A stretch of DNA of 58,427 nucleotides from Dehalococcoidia bacterium (GTDB taxonomy: Bacteria > Chloroflexota > Dehalococcoidia > DSTF01 > RBG-16-68-14). The stretch covers positions 62,001 to 120,427 of the forward strand of contig JBBEBM010000035.1 in assembly GCA_040882355.1 (NCBI GenBank), in the 5' to 3' direction. The notes under the pieces were generated by a model. It saw only the letters and a list, made by a program, of their open reading frames with translations, did not search any database and was not told the DNA's origin. The position numbers and the translations under genes are program-made. Within the stretch, counting starts at the first letter, position 1, and each line of letters starts with the position of its first letter. Below, in pieces: positions 37,245-46,338 of the stretch.

Positions 37245-37294
37245 GAACCTTTCGTCGCCGACGAGCCTGTGGTATCCTCGTCCGGCTTGGCGTC

Positions 37295-37324
37295 AGTCTA
37301 GCACGCGACCGATTATCGGCGCAA
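37295..37324 (-). promoter_or_regulatory. putative rpsO promoter
   Basis: TTGCGC-N18-TAGACT with extended -10 TG. Confidence 0.6.
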
Positions 37325-37360
37325 CTGGTGCGCGCCGAGCAGCAAGGAGCGCTATCTTCG

Positions 37361-38218
37361 GTGGGCCGCGTCGGCATCGTTACCGACAGCACCGCCTGTA
37401 TCCCTCCCGACATCGTCTCGGAACTGGGGATCGAGGTGATCCCCCTCTATCTCGCGTTCGGCGAACAGGTGTACCAGGACGGCATGGCCGTCTCCGCCGC
37501 TGAGTTCTACGAGACCCTTCGCACGGCCAAGCAGCCACCAACGACTTCAGCCCCGGCGCCCGGCGTCTACGCCGAAGCTATTCTGCGCGCCGCTGAAGGG
37601 GCGGATGCCGTGGTCTGCGCCACCGTTTCCCGGCAATTCAGCGCGATGTACGAATCGGCGACGCAGGGGGCGGCGCTGGTGAAGGAGCAGGCGCCCAACC
37701 TGGACGTGCGCGTCCTCGACTCCGGCGCAGCGGCCATGGCGCAGGGCTTCGTCGTGATCGAGGCGGCCCGCGCCGCCCAAGCGGGCGCTTCGATCGACCA
37801 GGTACTCGCGCGAGCCGAGGCGTTGATGCCCGGTGTCCAGCTCGTCGTTATCCTGGATACGCTCACCTACCTTGCCCGCAGCGGCCGCGTGCCGCGACTC
37901 GTCGTCTGGGCCTCGTCGCCCCTGCAACTCAAGGTCGTCGTCGAGTTCCAGCAGGCGAAGTACCGCCCGGTCGCCATCGTCAGGACGAAGCCGCGGGCGC
38001 TCGAGCGGCTGCTACATGCCCTCCGGGAGCGGACCGGAGGCCGGCCCCTCCACGTCTGCGTCCACCACACCAACGTCCCGCAGGAAGCCGGGGCGCTGGC
38101 CGAGCAGGTGCGCTCCACGCTCCAGCCGGAGGAGCTCTTCGTGCGAGAGTTCACACAGGTGATGGGCACCCACACGGGGCCCGGCCTGCTGGGATTTGCC
38201 TTTTATACAGATCCGTAA
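37361..38218 (+). CDS. DegV family fatty-acid-binding protein
   Basis: IVTDST, PTTSAP, VLDS, LARSGR, THTGPG. Confidence 0.92.
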   Translation: MGRVGIVTDSTACIPPDIVSELGIEVIPLYLAFGEQVYQDGMAVSAAEFYETLRTAKQPPTTSAPAPGVYAEAILRAAEGADAVVCATVSRQFSAMYESATQGAALVKEQAPNLDVRVLDSGAAAMAQGFVVIEAARAAQAGASIDQVLARAEALMPGVQLVVILDTLTYLARSGRVPRLVVWASSPLQLKVVVEFQQAKYRPVAIVRTKPRALERLLHALRERTGGRPLHVCVHHTNVPQEAGALAEQVRSTLQPEELFVREFTQVMGTHTGPGLLGFAFYTDP

Positions 38219-38279
38219 CATCCGGTAGGCCGGATGGCCCTACGCCCCCGGCGCTGTTATGTCCTATACTGGTGATCGC

Positions 38280-38882
38280 ATGGCCAGAGCCGCCGCATCA
38301 GCAGTTCTCGAGGACGTGGAGCGCATCCTCGCCAAGGTTGCGCCGGCGGCGCCACGCAGCCCGTCCGCGTCAGGCGGAGCGCTTGTGGTGCTGGTCGGGT
38401 TGCCGGGCAGTGGCAAGAGCACCGTCGCTGAAGAGTTGCGCGCCCGCACCGGATGCGTGGTGCTCGAAAGCGACGCGCTGCGCCGCCTCCTGATCGAGAG
38501 GCCCGCGTACTCGTCCACCGAGAGCCGCCGGCTGTTCGAGGCGATCCACGAAGCGGTCGCTTCGCTTCTCGCCGGGGGCGTGTCCGTCGTGCTCGACGCG
38601 ACGAACGTCGCGGAATCGGAGCGCGCGCCGCTGTATGACCTCGCCGGCCGGACCGGTGCCAAGCTGGTACTCGTACGCGTCGCAGCGCCTGAGCGCGTGA
38701 TCCGGCACAGGCTGGCGGCGCGGACGAAGAACGGCGGTGGCGCATCCGCCGCGGACGAGATCGTGTACGAGCGCATGCGCTCGCGGGTGGAGGAGATTCA
38801 GCGGCCGTATCACCTGGTCGATACCTCCAAGGAGGTCGGGCCGGTGCTGGACGCAATCGCGAAGGAGATGATGGGAACGTGA
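38280..38882 (+). CDS. AAA_33-type P-loop kinase
   Basis: GLPGSGKST, SDALRR, VVLDATN; start uncertain (38259 possible). Confidence 0.85.
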   Translation: MARAAASAVLEDVERILAKVAPAAPRSPSASGGALVVLVGLPGSGKSTVAEELRARTGCVVLESDALRRLLIERPAYSSTESRRLFEAIHEAVASLLAGGVSVVLDATNVAESERAPLYDLAGRTGAKLVLVRVAAPERVIRHRLAARTKNGGGASAADEIVYERMRSRVEEIQRPYHLVDTSKEVGPVLDAIAKEMMGT

Positions 38883-39712
38883 GCAGCAGGGCGAATCGAA
38901 GAGCAACACGCGGCAGCGCGCGCAGCCGGCGCACGCCGGTGCGGCCGTCATCGACCGGGCCCAACATCCCGTGGATACCGATCGCTGTCGTCCTCGGCGT
39001 CCTCGGCGTCGTGGGCGTGATTGGCTACCTGGTCTGGCAGTCCGGCCAGGCTGAATCTGATCGAAACGCGGCCGCCAGGGCCGCCGAGGCGGACTCGAGC
39101 GCCGACATCCCCGGCCAGTGGGTCGACCTGGCGACGATCTACGGCGCCCCGTACGGCGACACCGCCGAACACGACAGCGCGTCACACGACTACGTGAACG
39201 ACTGCGGGACGAGAACTGACGCCACCGCGACCGGCGACACGACTCCCGACGCCGCAACGCCTGATGCCACGAACACAGGCGCCACGACGCAGGCCACACC
39301 CGAAGAGGATCAGGTCTGCAACACGAACCCTCCTGTCGGCGGGCCGCACTGGAACGGGGCCTGCGGCAAGAGCCCGGACGACGCCACGTTCTGCGGCCCG
39401 GCGCCCTGGGGCATCCTCAGCGAGCCCTGGGACCCGGAGACTCTGGTGCACAACATGGAGCACGGCGGCGTCGTCATCTGGTACAACACGACCGACCGGG
39501 AGATCATCGATGAGATCGAGGAGTACCTCAGGCCCCCGCTGAACCGGGGCGAGCTGCTGGTAATGGCCCCCTATCCCGACATGGAGGACGAGACCATCGC
39601 CGTCACGTCCTGGTCACGCATCGAGAAGTTCCCGGTGAGCGAGTACGACCTCGACCGCGTCAAGACCTTCATCGACAGGAACGTGCGCCGCTTCAACCCC
39701 GAGTCTTTGTAG
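38879..39712 (+). CDS. DUF3105-domain membrane-anchored protein
   Basis: TM helix; NPPVGGPHW, LVHNMEHGGVVIWY, TSW. Confidence 0.88.
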   Translation: MSSRANRRATRGSARSRRTPVRPSSTGPNIPWIPIAVVLGVLGVVGVIGYLVWQSGQAESDRNAAARAAEADSSADIPGQWVDLATIYGAPYGDTAEHDSASHDYVNDCGTRTDATATGDTTPDAATPDATNTGATTQATPEEDQVCNTNPPVGGPHWNGACGKSPDDATFCGPAPWGILSEPWDPETLVHNMEHGGVVIWYNTTDREIIDEIEEYLRPPLNRGELLVMAPYPDMEDETIAVTSWSRIEKFPVSEYDLDRVKTFIDRNVRRFNPESL

Positions 39713-40535
39713 ACCGCGCGTTTCGTGCAGCAGGGGCCGGTTCACCGCCCGCTTCCACGCGCCGGACCGCCCGCCGCAGGCCCGGATAGGCCCAGCGCTG
39801 CAGCGCCAGGGCGATCAGGAGGCCCATCAGCGCCACCACCAGCCCGCCCATCGCGTCCAGGATGTAGTGGTTCGCCGTGAAGAGGATGGAGGTGAACTGC
39901 CCGATGGGCAGGGACACCGCCAGCGCCCTTAGCCAGACGTTCCTCGTCGTCCAGAAGAGCACGCCCCCGACCAGCACCGCCCAGCCGTAGTGAAGGCTGG
40001 GCATCGCCGCATACGGGTTCACGAACGGCTGGAGCGACTGCGCCTGGTAGCTGATGTGGGTGTACTGGTCCAGCGTATCGACGAAGGCGTATTCCGGGGG
40101 CAGCAGGCGCGGCGGCGTCACCGGATACAGGTGGTAGACCACCAGCGCGATGGCGCCCGACGCGAGCAGCGCATCGCGGGCGATGGTGTACTCGTGCCGG
40201 TGGCCGAAGAAGTACATCCAGAGCGCCAGCACCACGATCAGCGGGAAGTCCATCCAGAAGTAGACCGCGTTGAAGAACTGGATCAGCGCCCCGTAGCCGA
40301 TCACCGCCTCGTTGAGCTGCGGCTCCCAGAAGAAACCCAGCGCCTTCTCGACCCGGATCACGTCGAGCGCGTTGCGCAGCGCCTCATCGTCGCGGTCGAC
40401 CACGCTGCCCCGGACCAGGAAGTAGAGCAAGAACGCGACCGCCACGATCCCGATCTCGAAGACATCGCGGTAGACACGGCGCCGGCTGACCGCATCGATG
40501 ATCCGGCGCGAGCGCACTCCCAGCTCTAGGGCCAC
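39693..40535 (-). CDS. PAP2_3 / inositol-phosphoceramide-synthase-like membrane protein
   Basis: P.TPPRL, NPYAAMPSLHYGW, TANHYILD. Confidence 0.88.
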   Translation of the reverse strand: MALELGVRSRRIIDAVSRRRVYRDVFEIGIVAVAFLLYFLVRGSVVDRDDEALRNALDVIRVEKALGFFWEPQLNEAVIGYGALIQFFNAVYFWMDFPLIVVLALWMYFFGHRHEYTIARDALLASGAIALVVYHLYPVTPPRLLPPEYAFVDTLDQYTHISYQAQSLQPFVNPYAAMPSLHYGWAVLVGGVLFWTTRNVWLRALAVSLPIGQFTSILFTANHYILDAMGGLVVALMGLLIALALQRWAYPGLRRAVRRVEAGGEPAPAARNARSTKTRG

Positions 40536-40704
40536 GCCTCAGTATAGTCACGCCCCACGGCGGGCCTACAAACGCGAACGTCTGTAGGTAGGCCTCCCTC
40601 CCGCAAGGTCACGTCCGGGCACTGCACAGCGGATGCTCCCCTCCACACTGCCCTCGCCTCGTTGCGCGCCTCCAGACAGCCGCCGTATCATGGCCGTACC
40701 GCCC

Positions 40705-41085
40705 ATGGACACGCGAAGGCAGCGCATCAGCAGCGGAGCGCCCTGGGAGCCGGTCGTCGGCTACTCCCGGGCCGTCCGCGTCGGCTCGCACGTCTACGTC
40801 GCGGGCACAACGGCGACGGACGCGGGCGACGCCCATGGCCAGGCCGTCCAGGTCTTGCGCAAGATCGAGGCAGCGCTGGCGGAAGCTGGCGCATCCATGC
40901 GAGACGTTGTGCGCACGCGCATCTATGTCACCGACATCAGCCAGTGGGAGGAGGTCGGCCGGGCGCATGCGGAGTTCTTCGCCGACGTGCGGCCCGCCTG
41001 CACGCTCGTCGCCGTCGCCCGCCTCGTCGAGCCGGAGATGCTGGTCGAGATCGAAGTCGACGCCGTTATCGGCGACGGAAGCTGA
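40705..41085 (+). CDS. RidA/YjgF family protein
   Basis: [31 protein letters not shown]. Confidence 0.92.
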   Translation: MDTRRQRISSGAPWEPVVGYSRAVRVGSHVYVAGTTATDAGDAHGQAVQVLRKIEAALAEAGASMRDVVRTRIYVTDISQWEEVGRAHAEFFADVRPACTLVAVARLVEPEMLVEIEVDAVIGDGS

Positions 41086-41095
41086 GAGGAGTCCC

Positions 41096-42598
41096 ATGGA
41101 GGTCCGAGTCGAACCTGGAGACATCGCGCAACACAAGGCGGACGCCATCGTCGTCAACCTGTTCGAGGGCATCACGCAGCCGGGCGGCGCCACGGGCGCC
41201 GTCGACCGGGCGCTGGACGGCGCAATCTCCCGCCTCATCGCCGACGGCGACTGTCGCGGCAAGGACGGCGAGCTGACGCTGATCCACACGCTAGGCAAGA
41301 GCCCGGCGCCGCGCGTCGTCGTGGCAGGCCTGGGCAAGAGCGAGAAGTTCACCCTGGACAAGGTGCGCGACATCTCGGCGAGCACCGCCCGCTTCCTGCG
41401 ACGCCATCGCTGCGGGACCGCGGCGACGATCACCCACGGCGCGGGCATTGCCGGGCTCGATCCCGAGGCATGCGCCCAGGCGGTCGCCGAGGGCGCCGTG
41501 CTCGGCCTCTACACCTTCCGCCGCCACAAGAAGCCGCCCGAGGACGAGAAGGAGCTGCGCGAGCTGGCGATCGTGGAGTTCGATGAATCGCGTATCGACA
41601 CGCTGCGACGCGGCGTCGCCCGCGGACTGGTGCTGGCCGGGGCGGCGAACTTCGCCCGCGACCTGGCGAACGAGCCGAGCAACGTCCTTACGCCGACGGA
41701 GATGGCCGAGCGCGCTCGCGCCCTGGCCGAAGAAACGGGCCTGGAGTGCGAGGTCCACGACCGCGCCTGGATGGAGCAGCAGGGGATGGGCTCGCTCCTC
41801 GGCGTGGCGAAGGGGAGCGAGCAGCCACCCCGCTTCATCGTCCTGCGCTATCGAGGCGGCGGCAGCACGCACCTGGCGCTTGTGGGCAAAGGCATCACCT
41901 TCGACACCGGCGGCATCTCGATCAAGCCTGCCGCGGGCATGGAGGAGATGAAGGGCGATATGTCGGGCGGCGCATCGGTGATCGCGGCGATGGGCGCCAT
42001 TGCTCGCCTCAAGCCGGCGATCGACGTGACGGGATTCGTTCCCGCCACCGAGAACATGCCCGGCGGCAACGCGATCAAGCCCGGCGACGTCCTCCGGGCC
42101 ATGAACGGCAAGACCATCGAGGTAATCAACACGGACGCCGAGGGCCGCCTGATTCTGGCCGACGGCCTCTCCTACGCCCGTGAGTCCTCCCCGGACGCCA
42201 TCGTCGACGTCGCCACCCTCACCGGCGCGATCTCCGTTGCGCTGGGTAACGTGGCAATGGGCGCGATGACGAATAACGACGCGCTCTACGCCCGCGTCCA
42301 GCGCGCGGCGGCGTCGGCCGGCGAGAAGGTCTGGCAGCTCCCGATGTACGACGAGTACAAGGAGCAGATCAAGAGCGACGTCGCCGACATGAAGAACACC
42401 GGCGGGCGCGGCGCGGGCTCGATCACCGCCGCCTTCTTCCTCAAGGAGTTCGTCGAGGACACGCCCTGGGTGCACCTGGACATGGCCGGCGTGGACAACT
42501 ACGAGAAGGAGAAGGGTGTCCTTGTGAAGGGGGCCAGCGGCATCCCCGTCCGCACCCTCGTCCACCTCGCCCTCGACCTGGCTAACGAGGGGCTCTGA
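41096..42598 (+). CDS. pepA: leucyl aminopeptidase (M17)
   Basis: VGKGITFDTGG, MKGDMSG, NTDAEGRL, ATLTGA, HLD. Confidence 0.96.
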   Translation: MEVRVEPGDIAQHKADAIVVNLFEGITQPGGATGAVDRALDGAISRLIADGDCRGKDGELTLIHTLGKSPAPRVVVAGLGKSEKFTLDKVRDISASTARFLRRHRCGTAATITHGAGIAGLDPEACAQAVAEGAVLGLYTFRRHKKPPEDEKELRELAIVEFDESRIDTLRRGVARGLVLAGAANFARDLANEPSNVLTPTEMAERARALAEETGLECEVHDRAWMEQQGMGSLLGVAKGSEQPPRFIVLRYRGGGSTHLALVGKGITFDTGGISIKPAAGMEEMKGDMSGGASVIAAMGAIARLKPAIDVTGFVPATENMPGGNAIKPGDVLRAMNGKTIEVINTDAEGRLILADGLSYARESSPDAIVDVATLTGAISVALGNVAMGAMTNNDALYARVQRAAASAGEKVWQLPMYDEYKEQIKSDVADMKNTGGRGAGSITAAFFLKEFVEDTPWVHLDMAGVDNYEKEKGVLVKGASGIPVRTLVHLALDLANEGL

Positions 42599-42603
42599 GC
42601 CAG

Positions 42604-42765
42604 AACGATACTTAACTTGCCAATTCCGGTGATAACCGATGCTTTATGACTGCAAAGTATCGCTCACGTGGCCCCAACGCTACCTCACTTGCGTTCGTCG
42701 CCTCGATTAGATACTTTGGTGTCGTAAAGTATCGTTCTCAGACAGCAGCGATACTTTTGTATCGT
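42604..42765. repeat. 72-bp-period tandem array of CGATACTTT/AAAGTATCG half-sites
   Basis: Units at 42604 and 42676, partial third near 42747; each full unit contains a (C/A)GATRCTTT-N8-AAAGTATCG palindrome. Confidence 0.75.
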
Positions 42766-42777
42766 GAGGTCTCATTC

Positions 42778-43953
42778 ATGGTCGCCGCCCTTCGCAGCAG
42801 CCCCACCGGTCATTGGGAGCGATCTTCTCAGGGTTACGAGACCTTCATTCCCGCCCCATTGCCTCGACGGTTGGAGCTGAACGCTGAGCTGGTCGTCCTG
42901 CTTGATCGCGCCTCCCGCGCCGTCTCGCTGCTGGCTGGCATCGGCGAGACGCTTCCCGACCCGTACCTGCTGATCCGCCCGTTCATGCGCCGGGAGGCTG
43001 TCCTCTCATCTCGCATCGAGGGCACCCAGGCGTCACTGTCCGACTTGCTCATGTACGAGGCCTCGGAGGAGCGCCGCGACCCGGCCGACGCAAGGGAGGT
43101 GGCCAACTACGTTCGAGCGCTAGAGCACGGACTCGCTCGCCTCAAGGAGCTGCCACTGAGCGTCCGCCTCATGAACGAGATGCACGCGCACCTGCTCGCG
43201 GGCGTACGAGGCGAGGACAAGATGCCCGGCCAGCTCCGCACGCGTCAAGTGTGGATCGGCGAGAGCGGCACCAGACTGGAAGAAGCGCGCTTCGTACCGC
43301 CGCCGGCAAGCGCCCTGCCCGACCTGCTCTCGGATCTGGAGCGCTTCCTGAACGAGAACGTCCAGATGCCACCCCTGGTGCAGGCAGCAATGATGCACTA
43401 TCAGTTCGAGTCGATCCACCCGTACACGGACGGGAATGGCCGGATCGGCAGGCTGCTCATCGTCCTGTTCCTCTGTGCGAAGGATGTCCTGCCAACACCG
43501 CTCCTCTATCTAAGCGCCTACTTCGAGCGCCTACGAGATGACTACTATGATGGGCTTCTCAAGGTGAGCGAGACAGGCGAGTGGGACGCCTGGCTTCGCT
43601 TCTTCCTTAGGGGCGTGGAGCTGCAGGCTCGGGACGCGGCCGCGCGCTCGCGCCGGATGCGCCGGCTTCAGGACGACTATCGTGCGCGGCTTCAGGGCGT
43701 CCGGTCGGGCAACGCTGGGCGGCTGCTGGACGACGTGTTCGTGTCGCCGTTCACGACAGCTCCGCGTGCCGTCCGGGTGCTCGGCATCACCCTGGCAGCG
43801 GCCCGCAAGCTGCTGGAGAAGTTCGTCGCGCTCGGCATCCTTGATGAGGATCGGTCTACCAGGCCCCGCTTCTATGTTGCCCGCGAGCTGCTGCTGGAGA
43901 TCGAGCGGCCGATGCTTGACGAGCATGGCGAGCAACTCCCGCTGCTCTCATGA
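42778..43953 (+). CDS. Fic family protein (N-terminal inhibitory motif, C-terminal HTH-like)
   Basis: HPYTDGNGRIGR Fic motif; SSRIEG (S/T)xxxE(G/N) motif. Confidence 0.92.
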   Translation: MVAALRSSPTGHWERSSQGYETFIPAPLPRRLELNAELVVLLDRASRAVSLLAGIGETLPDPYLLIRPFMRREAVLSSRIEGTQASLSDLLMYEASEERRDPADAREVANYVRALEHGLARLKELPLSVRLMNEMHAHLLAGVRGEDKMPGQLRTRQVWIGESGTRLEEARFVPPPASALPDLLSDLERFLNENVQMPPLVQAAMMHYQFESIHPYTDGNGRIGRLLIVLFLCAKDVLPTPLLYLSAYFERLRDDYYDGLLKVSETGEWDAWLRFFLRGVELQARDAAARSRRMRRLQDDYRARLQGVRSGNAGRLLDDVFVSPFTTAPRAVRVLGITLAAARKLLEKFVALGILDEDRSTRPRFYVARELLLEIERPMLDEHGEQLPLLS

Positions 43954-44588
43954 ACACCCTCCGCCGCAGGCAGCTCCCCTACGACCGCGACGCCGCCCGC
44001 TTGCACCTGCTGCGCGCCGAGCCGGTGATGCGCGGCATCGTGAGGCGCGTCGGGCCGCTTGAGATCGAGCTGCGCGGGGCGGCGTACCAGTCGCTGATGC
44101 GGGCGCTGCTCTACCAGCAGCTCGCCGGCGCTGCCGCGTCGGCCATCGAGCGGCGGTTCCTGGCGTTCTACGGCGGCCGCCAGCCCAAACCGGACGAGCT
44201 GCTTGCCACGCCCCAGGAGAAGCTGCGCGAGGCCGGCGTCTCACGCCAGAAGGCGGGCTACCTCCACAGCCTGGCCGAACACGCCGCCTCGGGCGAGCTG
44301 AAGGACGCGCACCTACGCCGTCTCGACGACGAAGCGCTGATCGAGACGGTAACGCGCGTGAAAGGCCTGGGGCGCTGGTCGGCGGACATGCTGCTCATGT
44401 TCTGCCTGGGCCGGCCCGACGTGCTGCCCGTGGGCGACCTGGGCATCCAACGCGGCATGGAGCGCGCCTACGGCCTTGATGCGCTGCCGGACGCCGCGAC
44501 AATGGAGCGCATCGCCGAGCCGTGGCGCCCGTACCGCAGCGCCGCCTCCTGGTACCTCTGGCGCCACGGCGACATCGTCACGCTGTAG
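43950..44588 (+). CDS. DNA-3-methyladenine glycosylase II (AlkA-like)
   Basis: YQQL, GVSRQKA.Y, VKGLGRWSA HhH, LPVGDLG, WRPYRS. Confidence 0.92.
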   Translation: MNTLRRRQLPYDRDAARLHLLRAEPVMRGIVRRVGPLEIELRGAAYQSLMRALLYQQLAGAAASAIERRFLAFYGGRQPKPDELLATPQEKLREAGVSRQKAGYLHSLAEHAASGELKDAHLRRLDDEALIETVTRVKGLGRWSADMLLMFCLGRPDVLPVGDLGIQRGMERAYGLDALPDAATMERIAEPWRPYRSAASWYLWRHGDIVTL

Positions 44589-44594
44589 CACGGA

Positions 44595-45032
44595 CTACTC
44601 GCAACGCTCCCGGTCGGTCTTATCCGCCGACCAGGTGCGCAGCTCCGGCACGATGTCCGTGCCGGTGGTGCCCCAGGTGCCCGCGATCGTCTCGCCGTCC
44701 AGCATGCCGCTGTAGATGCCCACCAGCTCGGAGCCCGCGATCGTGAACCGGCCGCGTTCGTCCATCATGCCCGCGACGATCCCCACCAGGTCGCTGTCCA
44801 GATAGACCTCGCCGCCCAGGCTCAGGCCGAAGGCGTCGTCGGCCACCTCCGTGATCTCCAAACACAGATCGAACTGCGACGACAGCCGCGTCGACTCCAC
44901 CGTGCCCTCCCACACGCCCCGGACCGCCTCGGCCGTCGGCGCCGTGGCTGAACGGTCGTCGCAAGCGGGCCCCAGCGCTGCCGCGAGCACAACCGCGGCG
45001 ATCGCGACGAACAGCCATGTCACGCATCGCAC
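44595..45032 (-). CDS. putative lipoprotein
   Basis: Signal peptide ending LGPAC; GVWEG...IAGTW beta-rich domain. Confidence 0.6.
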   Translation of the reverse strand: MRCVTWLFVAIAAVVLAAALGPACDDRSATAPTAEAVRGVWEGTVESTRLSSQFDLCLEITEVADDAFGLSLGGEVYLDSDLVGIVAGMMDERGRFTIAGSELVGIYSGMLDGETIAGTWGTTGTDIVPELRTWSADKTDRERCE

Positions 45033-45111
45033 GGGATCGTTCTAGCCACCAGCGTCGCGCCGGTCAAGCGCCCGCACGCGAGCGCCCTGTGGTACATTCG
45101 AGCACAGCCTG

Positions 45112-46338
45112 ATGCCCGCACTGGAACCCTGGCGCAAGAACCTTTACGCCATCGCGATAGCGCAGTTCATTGCGCTGGGTGGCGGCAACCTGGTCTTCCC
45201 CTTCATGCCCTTCTACGTCGAAGACCTGGGCGTCAGCGATCCGAACAAGATCGCGCTCTGGTCCGGCCTGCTGGGCACGGCGACGGGCTCGATGCTCTTC
45301 GTCTTCTCGCCGATCTGGGGTAGCCTGGCCGACCGTTTCGGGCGGAAGCCGCTGCTGATGCGCGCCTACCTGGGCGCGACGGTGACGATGACGCTCCAGG
45401 GCCTCGTCCAGAACGTCTGGCAACTCCTCTTCCTGCGAGCGCTCCAGGGGATCTTCGTCGGCACGATCCCTGCGGCTACGGCGCTAGTGGCGTCTGGCAC
45501 ACCACGCGAGCGGGTGGCCTACGCGCTCGGCCTCGTCCAGATGGCCGTCTTCACGTCGCAGTTCGTCGGCCCGCTCATCGGCGGAACGCTGGCGTCGTCG
45601 ATCGGCTTCCGGCCCACGTTCCTGGCGACGGGCCCGCTCTACCTGCTCTCGTTCTTCCTGGTCATGGTCGTCGTTGAGGAGCACTTCGAGCGCCCGACAG
45701 AGGAGGAGCGCGGCAGCTTCGTCGGTAACCTGCGCGCGATCGCGGCGGTCCGGCCGCTCCTGCTCATGATCGGCGTCGTCTTCTTCCTCAACGCGGGCCC
45801 GTCCTTCGCGCGGCCGATCATCCCGATTCAGATTGAGGCGTTCGATCCCGGCCTCAGCGCGGAGGCGCTCGCCGGCATCGCCTTCGCCGCTCTCTCGATC
45901 ACGAGCGCGGGCGCCGCCTTCATGTCCAGCCGCATCTCGGGCCTCGTCGGGCCGCGCAACGCGCTCGCCCTGGCGACGGCGGGTGCGGGCGTCGCCTATC
46001 TGGGCGTCGCGCTCGCCAACGGCGTCGGCAGCTTCATCCTGCTCATCGCGATCGTGGGCGTGTTCAGCGGTGGCATGGTGCCGACGGCAAACGCCCTCAT
46101 CGACCGCTGGACGCCGCCGGGGCGGCTGGCATCGGCGTTCGGCCTGGCAGGCAGCGCCATGGCGCTCGCCTTCGCCATCGCGCCCTTGAGCGGCGGCTTC
46201 ACGGCCTCGCAGCTCGGCGTGCACGCCGCCTTCGCCGTCATCGGCTGCGTCATGCTCGGCGTAGCGGTCGGAGTTTTGGCGTTAGTACGAGAGCCTGGCG
46301 AGCGTGAGGCTGCGGAGCCCGCGCAGGCCGCGGGCTAG
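45112..46338 (+). CDS. MFS transporter (DHA1, MdtG-like)
   Basis: WRKNL, PFMPFY, WGSLADRFGRK motif A, about 12 TM. Confidence 0.92.
   Translation: MPALEPWRKNLYAIAIAQFIALGGGNLVFPFMPFYVEDLGVSDPNKIALWSGLLGTATGSMLFVFSPIWGSLADRFGRKPLLMRAYLGATVTMTLQGLVQNVWQLLFLRALQGIFVGTIPAATALVASGTPRERVAYALGLVQMAVFTSQFVGPLIGGTLASSIGFRPTFLATGPLYLLSFFLVMVVVEEHFERPTEEERGSFVGNLRAIAAVRPLLLMIGVVFFLNAGPSFARPIIPIQIEAFDPGLSAEALAGIAFAALSITSAGAAFMSSRISGLVGPRNALALATAGAGVAYLGVALANGVGSFILLIAIVGVFSGGMVPTANALIDRWTPPGRLASAFGLAGSAMALAFAIAPLSGGFTASQLGVHAAFAVIGCVMLGVAVGVLALVREPGEREAAEPAQAAG

Noticed and set aside
42604..42765. CRISPR array
   Set aside because: Only about two degenerate units, no constant repeat with unique spacers, no cas genes
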